Part shown: positions 51,390-63,710 of the stretch, piece by piece
Layout of the letters: each line of letters starts with the position of its first letter
Position numbering within the stretch: position 1 is the first letter of the stretch
DNA from: Octopus vulgaris
Lineage: Eukaryota
DNA length: 64,000 nt
Direction: 5' to 3'
Assembly (NCBI GenBank): GCA_951406725.2
Contig: OX597822.1
Location: forward strand, 66,712,001 to 66,776,000
Position numbers and translations under genes: made by a program
The notes under the pieces: generated by a model
The model's database searches: none
What the model was told of the DNA's origin: nothing
What the model saw: only the letters and a program-made list of their open reading frames with translations

Positions 51390-51975
51390 TTACTAGTTTC
51401 AGTCATATGACTGCGCCCATGCCTCGGCACCAACTTGAATGGTTTTAGTTGAACAAATCCAAATCGATCGCAGGACTTTCTAAAACTCTAGTATTTATTC
51501 TGTCGGTGTCTTATACCGAGATGCTGTTACCGGACGTCCGGCTAAGGTGCACTACACTCCGCCCATTAGATCGACCGGCCTCGAAAATGGATGGCGCTGA
51601 AGCGAGCGAGTAACCGATGCCGAACCGGCCGTGCGACAGTTTGCGCGATCGCGGGCGAGTCGTAGGAGAGCGCCGCTGCGTGCATGGAAGCCGCGAGATC
51701 GAGCCCGGGTGAAGCCGGCCGCAGGGGCACATCTCGGTGGAAGTAACAAATATTCGAACACAGAAGTGGAGAAGGGCTTTGTGCCAACGGTGGTCGAGCA
51801 CGGGTCAGTCGGTCCTAAGAAGGGGGCGAAAGCTTCCACGAAAGGCGCCGTATCCGTCGTTGTTGTAGCGAGCAAACGAAGATGTAAATATACCAACACC
51901 GCTTGATACGCGTCGGTGGAAGACAAACAAAGGCACAAAGACGCACATACAAAGATGTCTACACAAACACGCACA
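51390..51975 (-). mobile_element. Old SINE family A copy split by an rDNA fragment
   Basis: SINE tail at 51390-51535 resumes at ~51875 (GATGTAAATATACCAACACCG). Confidence 0.7.
51538..51873 (+). pseudogene. 28S rRNA gene fragment
   Basis: Collinear conserved LSU motifs: GCTAAGG, GAAAATGGATGGCGCTG, GCCCGGGTG.AGCC, ATCT.GGTGG.AGTA.CAAATATTC, GAAGTGGAGAAGGG, GGGTCAGTCGGTCCT; abrupt GC-rich island. Confidence 0.88.
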
Positions 51976-52021
51976 AATACATACACACACATATATATAT
52001 ATGTGTGTATCTATGTATGTG

Positions 52022-52065
<44 letters not shown>

Positions 52066-53445
52066 CACACATACATAGATATATATATACATAATAAAAG
52101 GGTAAAATTAATTTATTAATTTTAAACTTTTATTATTATTGATAATATAATTCACTCCCTGATAGTAAATTGCAGATTCTGCGGAATTATTTGTGGCACA
52201 CGTGGGTGATTGAGGGAGAATGCGAGATCTTATTCGTCTGTTTGAATTCGGATGTACTGGTTTTCGGATATATACTGCTCGATCACGCTTGGTCGCGTAC
52301 GTATGTTAATTATCAGTGCTCTCAAATTTAAAATTGAAATACTATACTGATGACGGGAGTAAGTGAGTAGAAATATGATTTTACATATTTTTACATCTCT
52401 TTAACCTAGAAACCCGTATATAGTTAACCAAAGCTGTGTGGATTCTTAAATTTTTGTCTCTTTACCTGTGTGAATTGAGAGTATTACTGTTTGGGAGATA
52501 TCATATGGTATTGGAATAGTATTATAGTATTTAACTGCTATTTCTAAATTTCGGTATGTGGTTAAGCACATTTTGCTGAACCCTAATTATAATTATGCTT
52601 ATAATTATAGAAGTTTACGTATATTATATATACAGCTGACGATTTTCAGTTCCCCTCTACGAAATCCACTTACAAAAATTTACTAGTCCCAAGGATACAG
52701 TAAAAAATACTTGCACTGAGACTGAACTCAAAACAATGTTGTTGGGAAACAAGCTTCTTACCACACAGCCACATCCATCCATCTATCTATCTATCTATGG
52801 GATAAATAGATAAGTAGATAGAAAGACAGATAGATAGATAAATAGATAGACGAAAACACAGCACGCAAACAGGAGCACACTTACACCCCTACACACACAC
52901 ATTCGTTTGGGCATAGCTCATCAAATTATGCATGCATTCCATTCATAGTAACGGTGTGATTGTTATAGTTTACATCGATATAATAATATTGCGATCGATG
53001 GTGACACTAAACATGAATAAATATATATTATGCATACAATTAGGCAACGGGTGATGTTACTATATTCCCGGTAATTCTAAACGTATTCGTTCATTATATT
53101 TACTGTTGCACAATATGAATCCAAATCGTATAATGATCCATTTATTTCTAGCACTCTTCAAAAAAATTGCATTAGGAATGCTACTATAATTTAATATCGT
53201 TCTGTGTCCGCGTGTGCAAGCAGTCGTGTGCATATGCCTGTGTATGTAGTTGTTATTGCACATCGTGAAATGCAATAAAGTATGAATGAAAATACCTCCA
53301 CAGGTTGAGTGGAATGATATCTAGTTGAAGCTGAATCAAACAGCGATTCACAAAGGTTCAGTTTGCAAAATGTATCTACTTTCTCCCATGTGCCTGTATG
53401 TGTGTTTATGAGCGCGCCAGTCTATGTTCAAGCCTGTGCGTGCGC

Positions 53446-53498
<53 letters not shown>

Positions 53499-53818
53499 TA
53501 AGTGACTCCATGTTACATTATTGTATTTTCCAACAATAAATCTTTACAACACACGATGAACCAAAGACGACATGTAAAGATTGGAGAAGCAATATTGAAT
53601 TATACTGTGACAAAGACATTTTCCTTCTTGGTATAAAATAAATATGATAATCTGTTTAAATGTGTTGAGGGATCCTTCTACCAGTGACTGTTTTCTACAT
53701 ATGTAACTTTTTATAAAAACAAGCTTTCATACATACATACATACATACATACATGTGTGTGTGTGTGTGTGTGTACATATGAGTGAGTTTGTGTTCGTAG
53801 GTATATGTATGCACACAA

Positions 53819-53849
<31 letters not shown>

Positions 53850-53855
<6 letters not shown>

Positions 53856-55000
53856 AAACATACCTAGGCCTCATTAATAAAAAAGAAGCATTAAGAAATC
53901 CTTACCAAAATTTTTTTAAAAAATTGATGTAACCTCTCTAGGGGAACACTTGCGAAGTAATAGATGGATTTAAGAAAATCCCAAAGCAAAAATGAATGAC
54001 ATGTCTTCTATTCTGGCATGAGAGGTCATTACGCCTCAATAACAAAATCTTTTAATATGGCTCAATTGATTTTGGATAAGATAATAGAAACAAATTATAA
54101 TACTGAAAGAGAAACAATATTTCAATCAATGCTCTCTGGATTAAAACAGAAGACATTAAAGAATTATATGATCTAAGCATGGGACGAAATGACTCAGCAG
54201 AGATAAGTGATATAGTCGGTTTTTACATATTAGTAATCTAGGAAATTTCATCCCATTTCTGGTGATCAGTATAAGAACGACAGTCTACTCTTACTACTAA
54301 ACGCTAATCTTTAAAAAAACAATCAAATTTAGGAAAGAACTACATTACTTCTTTAAATCATAGACTTCTTTATTACAGTAGACTAACATCAGTCAGTTTC
54401 CTAGATGCTACCCTCCACCGAGACTCCCGTTACAATAAACCCTTCAAAATGACGAAAAAAAATTCAATATATACATAGGCAATGCAACATCCCAAAGGCA
54501 TAATTAAAATGTGGTAAAGAACATATCTCTAAAAATTGTCTTTTTATCTTCTAATTAAATATTACTAAATGAAATAGTAACTCAATATAACGAAGCTCTC
54601 AACAAGTGTAATATAGAAACAAAAAGAAACTACCATGATAGAGGAAAAATGTAAGAATAGAAGAAGAATCATCTGGTTTAATCGTCCCTACAACATACAA
54701 GTTTCCACTGCAACAGCTGTTATCTTACAAAATACTGCAAAAAATCCTTCCACCCTAATCACAAATAGTACAAACTAACAAACGCAACGTAAAATTCGAA
54801 TATTTCGCAAACAGACAACTTAACACAATGTAAATAAATTTCTATACTAACAACACTATGACATGCTCCATTAATAGCTTTCACCTTCCAGATACGAGGA
54901 GGAAATCCTCGAAATAACATCAACAGTTAAAGAAACTTGCTGACCAGCTAAAACATACAACTTACATTCTTTTGTGAACCCTAAAAAATTCCATTAAACC
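53850..55000 (+). pseudogene. Highly decayed PLE of a third type (Nematis-like, tentative)
   Basis: Scattered translated motifs DIVGFY, VSFLDATL, RRIIWFNRPYNIQVST, SFHPNHK*YK; many frameshifts; boundaries approximate. Confidence 0.55.
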
Positions 55001-56974
55001 TTAAGCTGACACATCCATTTATTAAGTTTTTAAATACTGCACTAAAGTTTGCAGTTATACCGTTACTATTTGAAAGCAAAGGATTAAAAGCAATAAAACC
55101 GAAAAGAACTGAAATTAATGACACATCCACTGACCAAAAAACTTCCTCTACCTACCTGCTTGCAACACTAAACAGTTGCATGACTCTTAGCCGGCACACC
55201 TAAGCAGACGCCTCTGTTCGCGAAGTCCTGTATGCCGAAATGAAATCCTCTGAACAATAACATAACGGCAAAATTTAATCAATAAAACATTCTCAACAAC
55301 ACCTCTCTATTACGACTCCTACGTGACATGACCTTAATTCAAATGAGACATTGAAAATAAGAGCAACCTTCTCTACAGCTTCAGGAAAGTGGTAGCAGAC
55401 ATGGATTATAACGGTGGCAGGTTACAATATACCTTCATTCTTACCTAGATGATAAATATCGGGAAGTGTATTAGAAAATAACGACTGAGAGGGACGCATC
55501 TCTTAAAATTTGTCAATCCGTAATAAATTATTATAATTTACACCGTATAGTTGATATTCATTCTATGTGAATGAAGACATTCTAAGATGTCCTTAATACT
55601 TTATAACAATCTCTCCTTTGTTTCTAAAATTATTTTGTCGCTTATCAAACTAGTGATTCTAACTAAATGGTACATGGACCATGATACTGTCTCCGGTCTC
55701 CCTTCACACGGGAATATACATCGATTTCTAAATACTGGTTCTAATAAAGACAATCTAAAGTTTGAATCACACAGCATGGCCGCAGCTCTGAGCTGAAACT
55801 AGAGAAAAAAATGTATAAATTCTTTGATCGATTCGTTCGACTAAGGGCGGTGCTCCAGCATGGCCACAATCAAATAACTGGAACAAGTAAAAGAATAAAA
55901 GAATTAATATGTATACATGTGCATGGATCTAGTCGACTGACTGGAGTAGGTCGGGTTGAAATGCTCTTCCAGATTTTCCTTCCATCTCTCCATCTGTATT
56001 TCCTTGTTGATAAACATGTTTACCATTTTGTCTTCGACTGATTAAGAAGTGACTCAAGACTTTGGTATTATGTACTATGAATTTGGAGGTATCTACGCAG
56101 GTGTGAAACTCATATCTTCACATTCGAATATAATATACATTAACTATACTTAAACTAACAACTGAATATTCAAAATATTTATTTTAAAAAAAAAAAGCTA
56201 CGCTTTTCGGAAATGTGGTTAACTATGATTTAGAATATTGGTGAGGTTGTCATAGAAATATATACGTGCATTCTCAGCGCATTGTTACACAAAATGATAA
56301 GCAAAGAAAGAAACCCTTTATAGGAACATTATAGAATAAGGCATTATATTTCCGAAGTTCATAAAATAAATGATAGGTTATGAAAATGAAAACAAAAATC
56401 TGGTTACATGAAGATTTCTCTAATATTACTCTATCGAAATTTTAAGTGCATAAACAAAATTGGAAGCATAATTATGTGCACATGTTTTATGAAAAATAAT
56501 GGTGGAATAACTAAATTATAAATTAGAAATAAAGAAACAAAACATGATCTGAAAAGTACTTGAATTAATAATTATAAAATATTAAAGAAACAGCATTTTC
56601 ATACAATACAGAGCAATTTCTTTTGTGGCAGACATCTTGGTTCGTGTTTGATATATTTCATTGTTTTACATGTTCACATTTATACACTTACAGAATGAAT
56701 CAGAAATTTATCAAAAAGGAAAAAAATTGCTTAGCAAAACATTTTGTTACACGATGTGCAATTTTTATTCATGCATTCTGTTGTGCAAATATTCTTACGC
56801 TCGAAAATATGAAATTAAATACAAGACCTATCCGCGTAATTCGTGAATCTAACTCCATACATTATCTATAACACTCACGTCCTAAGCTGATGTCGGAAAA
56901 TTAAATTCTCTTTAAGATGATATATCATAAATGTTGCTCACAAATTATTAATAAGCACAGGCATTGCTATGTGG

Positions 56975-57166
56975 TTAAGCGGTATTTTGTCTGCCGTTAC
57001 GTTCTCAGTTCAAATTCCGCCGAGGTCGAGTTTGCCTTTCATCCTTTCGGGGTCAATAAATTAAATACCAGTTACGCACTGGGGTCGATGTAATCGACAT
57101 AATCCGTTTGTCTGTCCTTGTTTGTCCCCTCTATGTTTAGCCCCTTGTTGGCAATAAAGAAATAAG
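56975..57166 (+). mobile_element. SINE family B monomer
   Basis: GTTCAAATTCCGCCGAGGTCG...CATCCTTTCGGGGTC...AATAAAGAAATAAG. Confidence 0.85.
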
Positions 57167-57306
57167 AAACTTGGTTTTCAGGCACGTCATTGGCCTTCAG
57201 TCCTAATGCGTGGCAACTTGAGCAGCTGTCTTCTAACTCGTCTGTCGCCCCGAGCGGACTAATTCCTTATAAGTGTTAAGACGATATACATATATATATC
57301 TAAAAC

Positions 57307-57910
57307 GCGGCGAGCTGGCAGAAACGTTAGCACGCCGAGCGAAATGCTTAGCGGTATTTCGTCTGCTGTTACGTTCTGAGTTCAAATTCCGCCGAGATCG
57401 ACTTCGTCTTTCATACTTTCGGGGTCGAACGATTAAGTACCAGTTACGCACTGGGATCGATATAATCGACTTAATCCGCTTGTCTGTCCTTGTTTGTCCT
57501 CTCTGTTTTTAGTCCCTTGTTGGTAGTAAAGAAATAGGTATTTCGTCTGCCGCTACGTTCTGAGTTCAAATTCCGCCGAGGTCGACTTTGCCTTTAATCC
57601 TTTCGGGGTCAATAGATTATGTACCAGTTACGAACTGGGGTCGATGTAATCGACTTAATCCGTATTCTGTCCTTGTTTGTCCCCTGTATTGCTCCTTGTG
57701 GGCAATACAGAAATAAGAAACGTTAGCATGCCGGGTGATATGCTTAGCTGTATCTCATCTGTCTTTACGTTCTTAGTTCAAATTCTGCCGAGGTTGACAT
57801 TGCCTTTCATCATTCGGGGTCGAGAAATTAGTTACCAGTTGCGTAGTGGAGTCGATCTAATCGACTGACCCCCTCCTCAAAAATTTCGGGCCTTGTGCCT
57901 AAAGTAGAAT
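57307..57910 (+). mobile_element. SINE family B trimer
   Basis: Three tandem B-box/Nin-like modules; the last has a different tail (AAAATTTCGGGCCTTGTGCCT). Confidence 0.88.
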
Positions 57911-58493
57911 AAAATGTATTTGATTCCATGAGCTTACAAAGCGCAAATGCTAGTCTGTTATAATCGTTACTTAAACACACGAATAAACATTAATACACGT
58001 AATTTATTTCATAAAGATATTTGTAAAACAAAAGAATTTCAACACGAACCAACAACGTGTCAAAATCTAAAAACGTTTGACAACGTATATATTATGATAC
58101 ATTAAAAACGACAATCTGGATGGTTTACATTGACGGTTGCATAATGTAAACTCACATCTGTAAGATACCCGAATGTTAATTACGTTGTCTAGACAGCTAA
58201 TTTTCTTCGGAGATCATGTTCGTCGCTTTTATGGTATAGAGCATACATTGAACGTTCTTTGGATACGTTGTGAAATTAAGTAATAAAATTAAGTGATAGA
58301 ATGTTACTGTGCAACAAAAAGCATCGAGTGATATTTTATAATTTAACATTTCGCGGCAATAGTTATAAAAGAATGTCCATTTTACTAGTACACATACACA
58401 CATTTACACACACACACGCATATACTCGCGCATATATATGTGTGTGTGTGTTTGTATGTGTATATATATATATATATATACATATATATATAC

Positions 58494-58552
<59 letters not shown>

Positions 58553-58581
58553 GGTATGTATGTATGTATGTATGTATGTAC

Positions 58582-58777
58582 ATGGAGGCGCAGTTGCCCA
58601 GTGGTTAGGGCAGCGGATTCGCGGTCGGTGGATCGTGGTTTCGATTGTCAGACCGGGCGTTGTGTTGTGTTTATTGAGTGAAAACACCTATGGCTCCACG
58701 ACGCTGCGGCAGTGGATGGTGGGGGACCCCTGTGGTACTCTTTCACCCCAACTTTCTCTCACTCTTTCTTCCTGTTT
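58582..58777 (+). mobile_element. SINE family C, 3'-truncated
   Basis: TGGAGGCGCAGTTGCCCAGTGGTTAGGGCAGCGG... Confidence 0.85.
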
Positions 58778-58785
58778 CACTTTTT

Positions 58786-59136
58786 GGGTAACCCAAACCC
58801 TAAAACCCTAACCATAAAACCCTAACACTAACCCTAAAACCCTAAACCTAAAACCCTGACTCTAAAACCCTAAAGCTAAAACCAGTACAAACGCACGAAC
58901 TGTGTCATAAATAACAGTGACAAGCAAAATATACACTGCCGATAGTAGTTGTTGTTGACAAACAACAGCAAAAATTTTATTCAGTTGAAAACACGTCATT
59001 GATTGGTTGAAATTAACGAAATACGACAACTTTAACACGAAATAACATCGTAAATAGAAACTTTTCTAAACAACGCTGAGAGTAAAAGATGTTCTATTTA
59101 ACACATTCTACCAGTATCCGAAGTTTGAAAGTGTTT
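58786..59136. mobile_element. Element fragment with CCCTAA/CCCTAAAA-type repeats, related to 7568-7983
   Basis: Telomere-like variants at 58790-58882; downstream GTCATTGATTGGTTGAAA and AAAGATGTT...ACACATTCTACC match 7810-7910. Confidence 0.65.
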
Positions 59137-59550
59137 AGGAGTGGCTGTGTGGTAAGTAGTTTGCTAACCAACCACATGGTTCCGGGTTCAGTCCCACTGC
59201 GTAGCATCTTGGGCAAGTGTCTTCTGCTATAGCCCCGGGCCGACCAATGCCTTGTGAGTGGATTTGGTAGACGGAAACTGAAAGAAGCCTGTCGTATATA
59301 TATGTATATATATGTATGTGTGTGTGTATATATTTGTGTGTCTGTGTTTGTCCCCCTAGCATTGCTTGACAACCGATGCTGGTGTGTTTACGTCCCCGTC
59401 AGTTAGCGGTTCGGCAAAAGAGACCGATAGAATAAGTACTGGGCTTACAAAGAATAAGTCCCGGGGTCGATTTGCTCGACTAAAGGCGGTGCTCCAGCAT
59501 GGCCGCAGTCAAATGACTGAAACAAGTAAAAGAGTAAAAGAGTAAAGAGT
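59137..59550 (+). mobile_element. SINE family A, full length, young
   Basis: Very similar to 46155-46580; ends in GTAAAAGA repeats. Confidence 0.93.
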
Positions 59551-60327
59551 TAAAACAAAATTAATTTATCGACCTGCCGATCAAAAGGAAATGATCCATG
59601 GAATGCTTAAAGAATGTTAATGGAAATAAATATATTTATTCTGATAAAAAGGATATGCTCGGAAAAATTCTGTCATATCATGTGAGTATAAATAAAGTTA
59701 TTAAAACAAATCCTAAAATCAATCTCTGTTTACTTATGTAGAACTTGTGAATATACAATGATTTCAGTGTGTCCTTTAATTGGTGTACAATGAGAAAGAG
59801 TTTTAGGACTTCCAGCTCACCAACATCCTACGCATAATTGCCCATGAGAGAAGCGAGGAGAAGCAAGGTGAAGTCCAACAACGTTGAGAGATTGTGCTCG
59901 AGATTTGTTTATGGATATAGCACATACGCCAACACACACAGAGGCACATACACACTCACAAACAAATACACGCGCGTGCATACGTACACACGCACGCACA
60001 TGCGCATGCAATGAGGCGAAGGAAATGAATGGGAGGTAATTTTATTCAACGTTGAATTGTGAATGTGTTACGCGTTAAGTTTAGTGGCACTAATTGATCT
60101 CGGATCTGGTGAGTGATAAGGGAATCGTGAGTTTTGTGTAGTGATTAGCTGACAACCAATTTGGGGTTAATTTTTATCCACTCAACCGCAGGTTTTGGGG
60201 TAGTTTTTTTTACGCATTTTACATACAGCCAGGTGTATAAGGATTATCATCGCCATCATCATAGTCATAGTTGCTGACATCGTTGTCGTCATCATCATCA
60301 TCATTATTGTTGTTATTATTGTTGTGG

Positions 60328-61272
60328 AGGCGGTGAGCTGGCAGAGTCGTTACCATGCCGGGCGAAACATTTAGCCGTATGTCGTCTGCCGTTACGTTCT
60401 GAGTTCAAATTCTACCGAGGTCGACCTTGCCTTTGATCCTTTCGGGATCGATTAAATAAGTACCAGTTACGCACTGGGATCGATATAATCGACTTAATCC
60501 GTTTGTTTGTCCTCTCTGTGTTTAGCCCCTTGTGGGTAGTAAATAAATAAGTATTTCGTCTGCCGCTACGTTCTAAGTTCAAATTCTGCCGAAGTCGATT
60601 TTGCGTTTTGTACTTTGTACTAGGTACCAGTGAAATCGACTATTCCCCTCCACCAATATTTCAGGCCTTGTGCCTATAGTAGAAAGGATTAAGTCGGCGA
60701 GCTAGCATATCGTTAGCACGCTTTGCAAGATGTTTTATCACATTTCGTCTGTCTTTACGTTCTGAGTTAAAATTCCATGGAGGTCGACTTTGCCTTTCAT
60801 CTTTGGAAGTCGATAAAATAAGTACCATTTGAAACCTGGGGTCGATGCAATCGACTTGATCGCCTCTGCCGAACTTGTTGGCCTTGTACCAAAATTCGAA
60901 ACACTTATTAGTATTTTTTTTTTTTTTGGCAAACACAGTCGGGATCAAATTTGTCCTTTCTGTGGTCAATAAAATAGAAAACAGTTGAGCTCTGGAGTCG
61001 ATTTAATTGATTTTATTCGTTTCCTTTAAACTGTAGAACTTGCGCCAACATCCGATACTATTATTATTGTTGCTGGCAGTATCACTGACACGCCTGACAA
61101 AATGCTTCGCAGCAATTCATCCGCCATTACGTTCTGAGTTCAAACTCCGCCGAGGTCGACGCCGCCTTTCATCATTTCAAGGCCGATGAAAGAATTACCA
61201 GTTTCGTACTGGTTTCGATATAATCTGCTACCCCTTCCCCCAAAATTTCAAGCTTTGTGCCTTAAATAGAAA
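60328..61272 (+). mobile_element. Cluster of SINE family B modules
   Basis: At least four ACGTTCT.AGTT.AAA.TC...GGTCGAC modules between 60328 and 61272. Confidence 0.8.
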
Positions 61273-61394
61273 GGGTTATTAGGAGCTACATTATTCGATT
61301 CATTACGATTATTTCAAACACACACATACACACAGATACCCACGTACATCACACACATATACATGTTTCAGTGTGTTCCTGTGTGTTCTTAATC

Positions 61395-61600
61395 GTTTTT
61401 GCCCCTGAACAGTTTTTCCCCACTTTTTGCGATCATTGTCGTGTTTCTTGGCTGCTTCCCATGACAGTCCGGTGATCCTGAGCTCGAACAAAACGCTCTT
61501 CTTCCATGTCTGCCCCCCGCATGTGTAAACATATTGCTCCACTTTACGTCCTCGCTTCCTTTTCCCCTTCCTGTCAAGTGCTTGTCGTGTCACATTTGAG
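61395..61600 (-). mobile_element. RTE LINE 3' remnant carrying a 34-bp insertion
   Basis: ORF 61309..61593: TRQALD..GKRKRGR[KVEQYVYTCGG]QTWKKSV..EL...GLSWEAAKK...DRKKW, the RTE C-terminal pattern. Confidence 0.8.
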
Positions 61601-61831
61601 GGTTATTTCCGCAGTGTGTGTCCGACCTATCTCCATTTCCTTCGTCTAATCTGAACATGTATGGGCTCCTGTTTGTTATGTATTTATATTTATATAGTAC
61701 CATTTCGTTTGTTTTGGCACATAACCATTACCTTTACCGTTCTCTATGTACACTATACTTCCCACTCAGTTTAGCATCGCCACTTACCTCCGTAAGGTGA
61801 TTAGATTTACTATAGTATATACAATATTAGT

Positions 61832-62119
61832 GTGGAGGAACATGGCCTAGTGGTCAGAGCAGCGGTCGAGGGATCACGAGTTCGAATCTCAGATAGGGCA
61901 ATGTGTGTGTTTATGAGCGAAACACCTAAGCTCCACGCGGCTCCAGCAGAAGGTAATGGCGAACTTCTGCTGACTCTTTCGCCACAACTTTCTCTCACTC
62001 TTTCCTCCTACATCTTGCAGCTCACCTAGACGTCCCGTCTAGGTGGGGAACCTATACGCCAAGGAAACCAGGAAACCGGCCCTTAAGAGTCAGGTGTGGC
62101 TCGAGAAGGAACAAACAAC
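61832..62119 (+). mobile_element. SINE family C-related (tail type 3) flanked by long direct repeats
   Basis: GTGGAGG..CATGGCCTAGTGG...GAGTTCGAATC; tail ...GGCTCGAGAAGGAACAAACAAC. Confidence 0.85.
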
Positions 62120-62754
62120 GTACACTATACTTCACACTCAGTTTAGCATCACCACTTACCTCCGTAAGGGAAAAGCTAGAGGTGATTATATTTACTAAAT
62201 TATATACGACATTGGTATATATTTACATTACGGACTCTGTAGGAAGTAACGATAAGGGGAAAGAAAGGACATTAAACATTGTTATTGATTACATTCGACG
62301 TCTGTCTAAACCTACAAAGATACCCCCGCATGTGTAAACATATTGCTCCACTTTACAATAATAGATTTAATTTGATTAAACCTAATTAAACACAGGGTGA
62401 AATAATCTGATGAATTCGCCTCATGCTGAGTTATTTATTCCTATTAGAACAACAAACGTGCGTGTGTTAATTACCACATGTAAAAGCTGTATGTTTTATT
62501 TGTATTTGCTCTTGTCACAATTAAACATATAATATTTATTAATACGAAATCTATAACGTCCTTCAAAAGATATCGTTAAATCGCTACAAAAAAAAATTGT
62601 TGAGATTTTTGTTCCAGAACTTTACAATCATGGTTCAAATACTGTTCAGGTCAACTGTTCTTTATTTTCATTCATATGTTGATGAAATAAGATTTCTATT
62701 ATTATTTAAGAGTAGCTTCCCTTATTGATCTTATTGTTTTCCAAAGTGTAATTC

Positions 62755-63055
62755 GGAGCTGGCAGAAACGTTAGCAAGCCAGATGTAATCGACTTCATCC
62801 GTTTGTCTGTCCTTGTTTGTCCCCTCTATGTTTAGCCTCTTGTGGGCAATAAAAAAAATAAGAAACGTTAGCTCGCCGGGCGAAATGCTTAGCAGTATTT
62901 CGTCTGTTTCGTTCTGAGTTCAAATTCCGCCGAGGTCGACTTTGTCTTTCATCCTTTCGGGGTCAATAAATTAAGTACCATTTGCATACTGGGGTGGATC
63001 TAATCGACTGGCCCCCTCCCCAAAAATTTCGGGCCTCATGCCTAGAGTAGAAAAG
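62755..63055 (+). mobile_element. SINE family B dimer-like copy
   Basis: GAGCTGGCAGAAACGTTAGC ... CCCCCTCCCCAAAAATTTCGGGCC. Confidence 0.85.
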
Positions 63056-63386
63056 AACATGCAATTCGGTGCAGACGATTGCATGACTGTTTCCTCGAGT
63101 GAAGAGTATTGCTAGAAAATCGCGAGTTTGCTAGAAAATCGCGAAAAAGGAATGTGGAGTGCCGTCTCCCAAGAAATTTCCTGAAAGGTGCATCACAGTT
63201 GCGATCATAGTACAAATAAACGAACTTGCCTTGGAGATATGCCAATAGTGTGGAGAAAGACGACGTGGATCGGGCATTTGCCTTAGAGGTGAAATTCACC
63301 ATAATTTTGGGGGAGGGCATTTGTTTCGGATTTTTACGCCGGAGTCGTATTTGTCTTTCGTTTTCCATGAGTTACTCATTTACACA

Positions 63387-63518
63387 TTTACTCTTTTACT
63401 TCTTTCAGTCATTTGAGTGCGGCTATGCTGGAGCACCGCCTTTAGTCGAGCAAATCGACCCCAGGACTTATTCTTTGGATGCCTACTACTTATTCTATCG
63501 GTCTCTTTTGCCGAACCG

Positions 63519-63550
<32 letters not shown>

Positions 63551-63710
63551 GACGGGCTTCTTTCAGTTTCCGTCTACCAAAGTCACTCACAAGGATTTGG
63601 TCAGCCGAAGCTATAGTCGAAGACACTTGCCCAAGGTGCCACGCAGTGGGATTGAACTCGGAACCATGTGGTTGGTAAGCACGCTACTTACCACATAGCC
63701 ACTCCTACGC
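63387..63710 (-). mobile_element. SINE family A with internal deletion
   Basis: Tail reverse complement at 63387; head reverse complement AGCCACTCCTACGCC at ~63698-63711. Confidence 0.88.

Noticed and set aside
51511-51992. GC-rich ORFs over 51511-51992
   Set aside because: Explained by the 28S rRNA fragment; ORFs arise from stop-poor GC-rich sequence.
52340-52385. CTGATGA...GAAA possible hammerhead
   Set aside because: No stem II or stem I pairing.
56975-61272. Regularly recurring repeats suggestive of a CRISPR-like array
   Set aside because: Eukaryotic SINE modules of 150-200 bp without unique spacers; no cas genes.
63280-63300. TAGAGGTGAAATTC, an 18S rRNA-like motif
   Set aside because: Only 14 nt with no flanking rRNA similarity.
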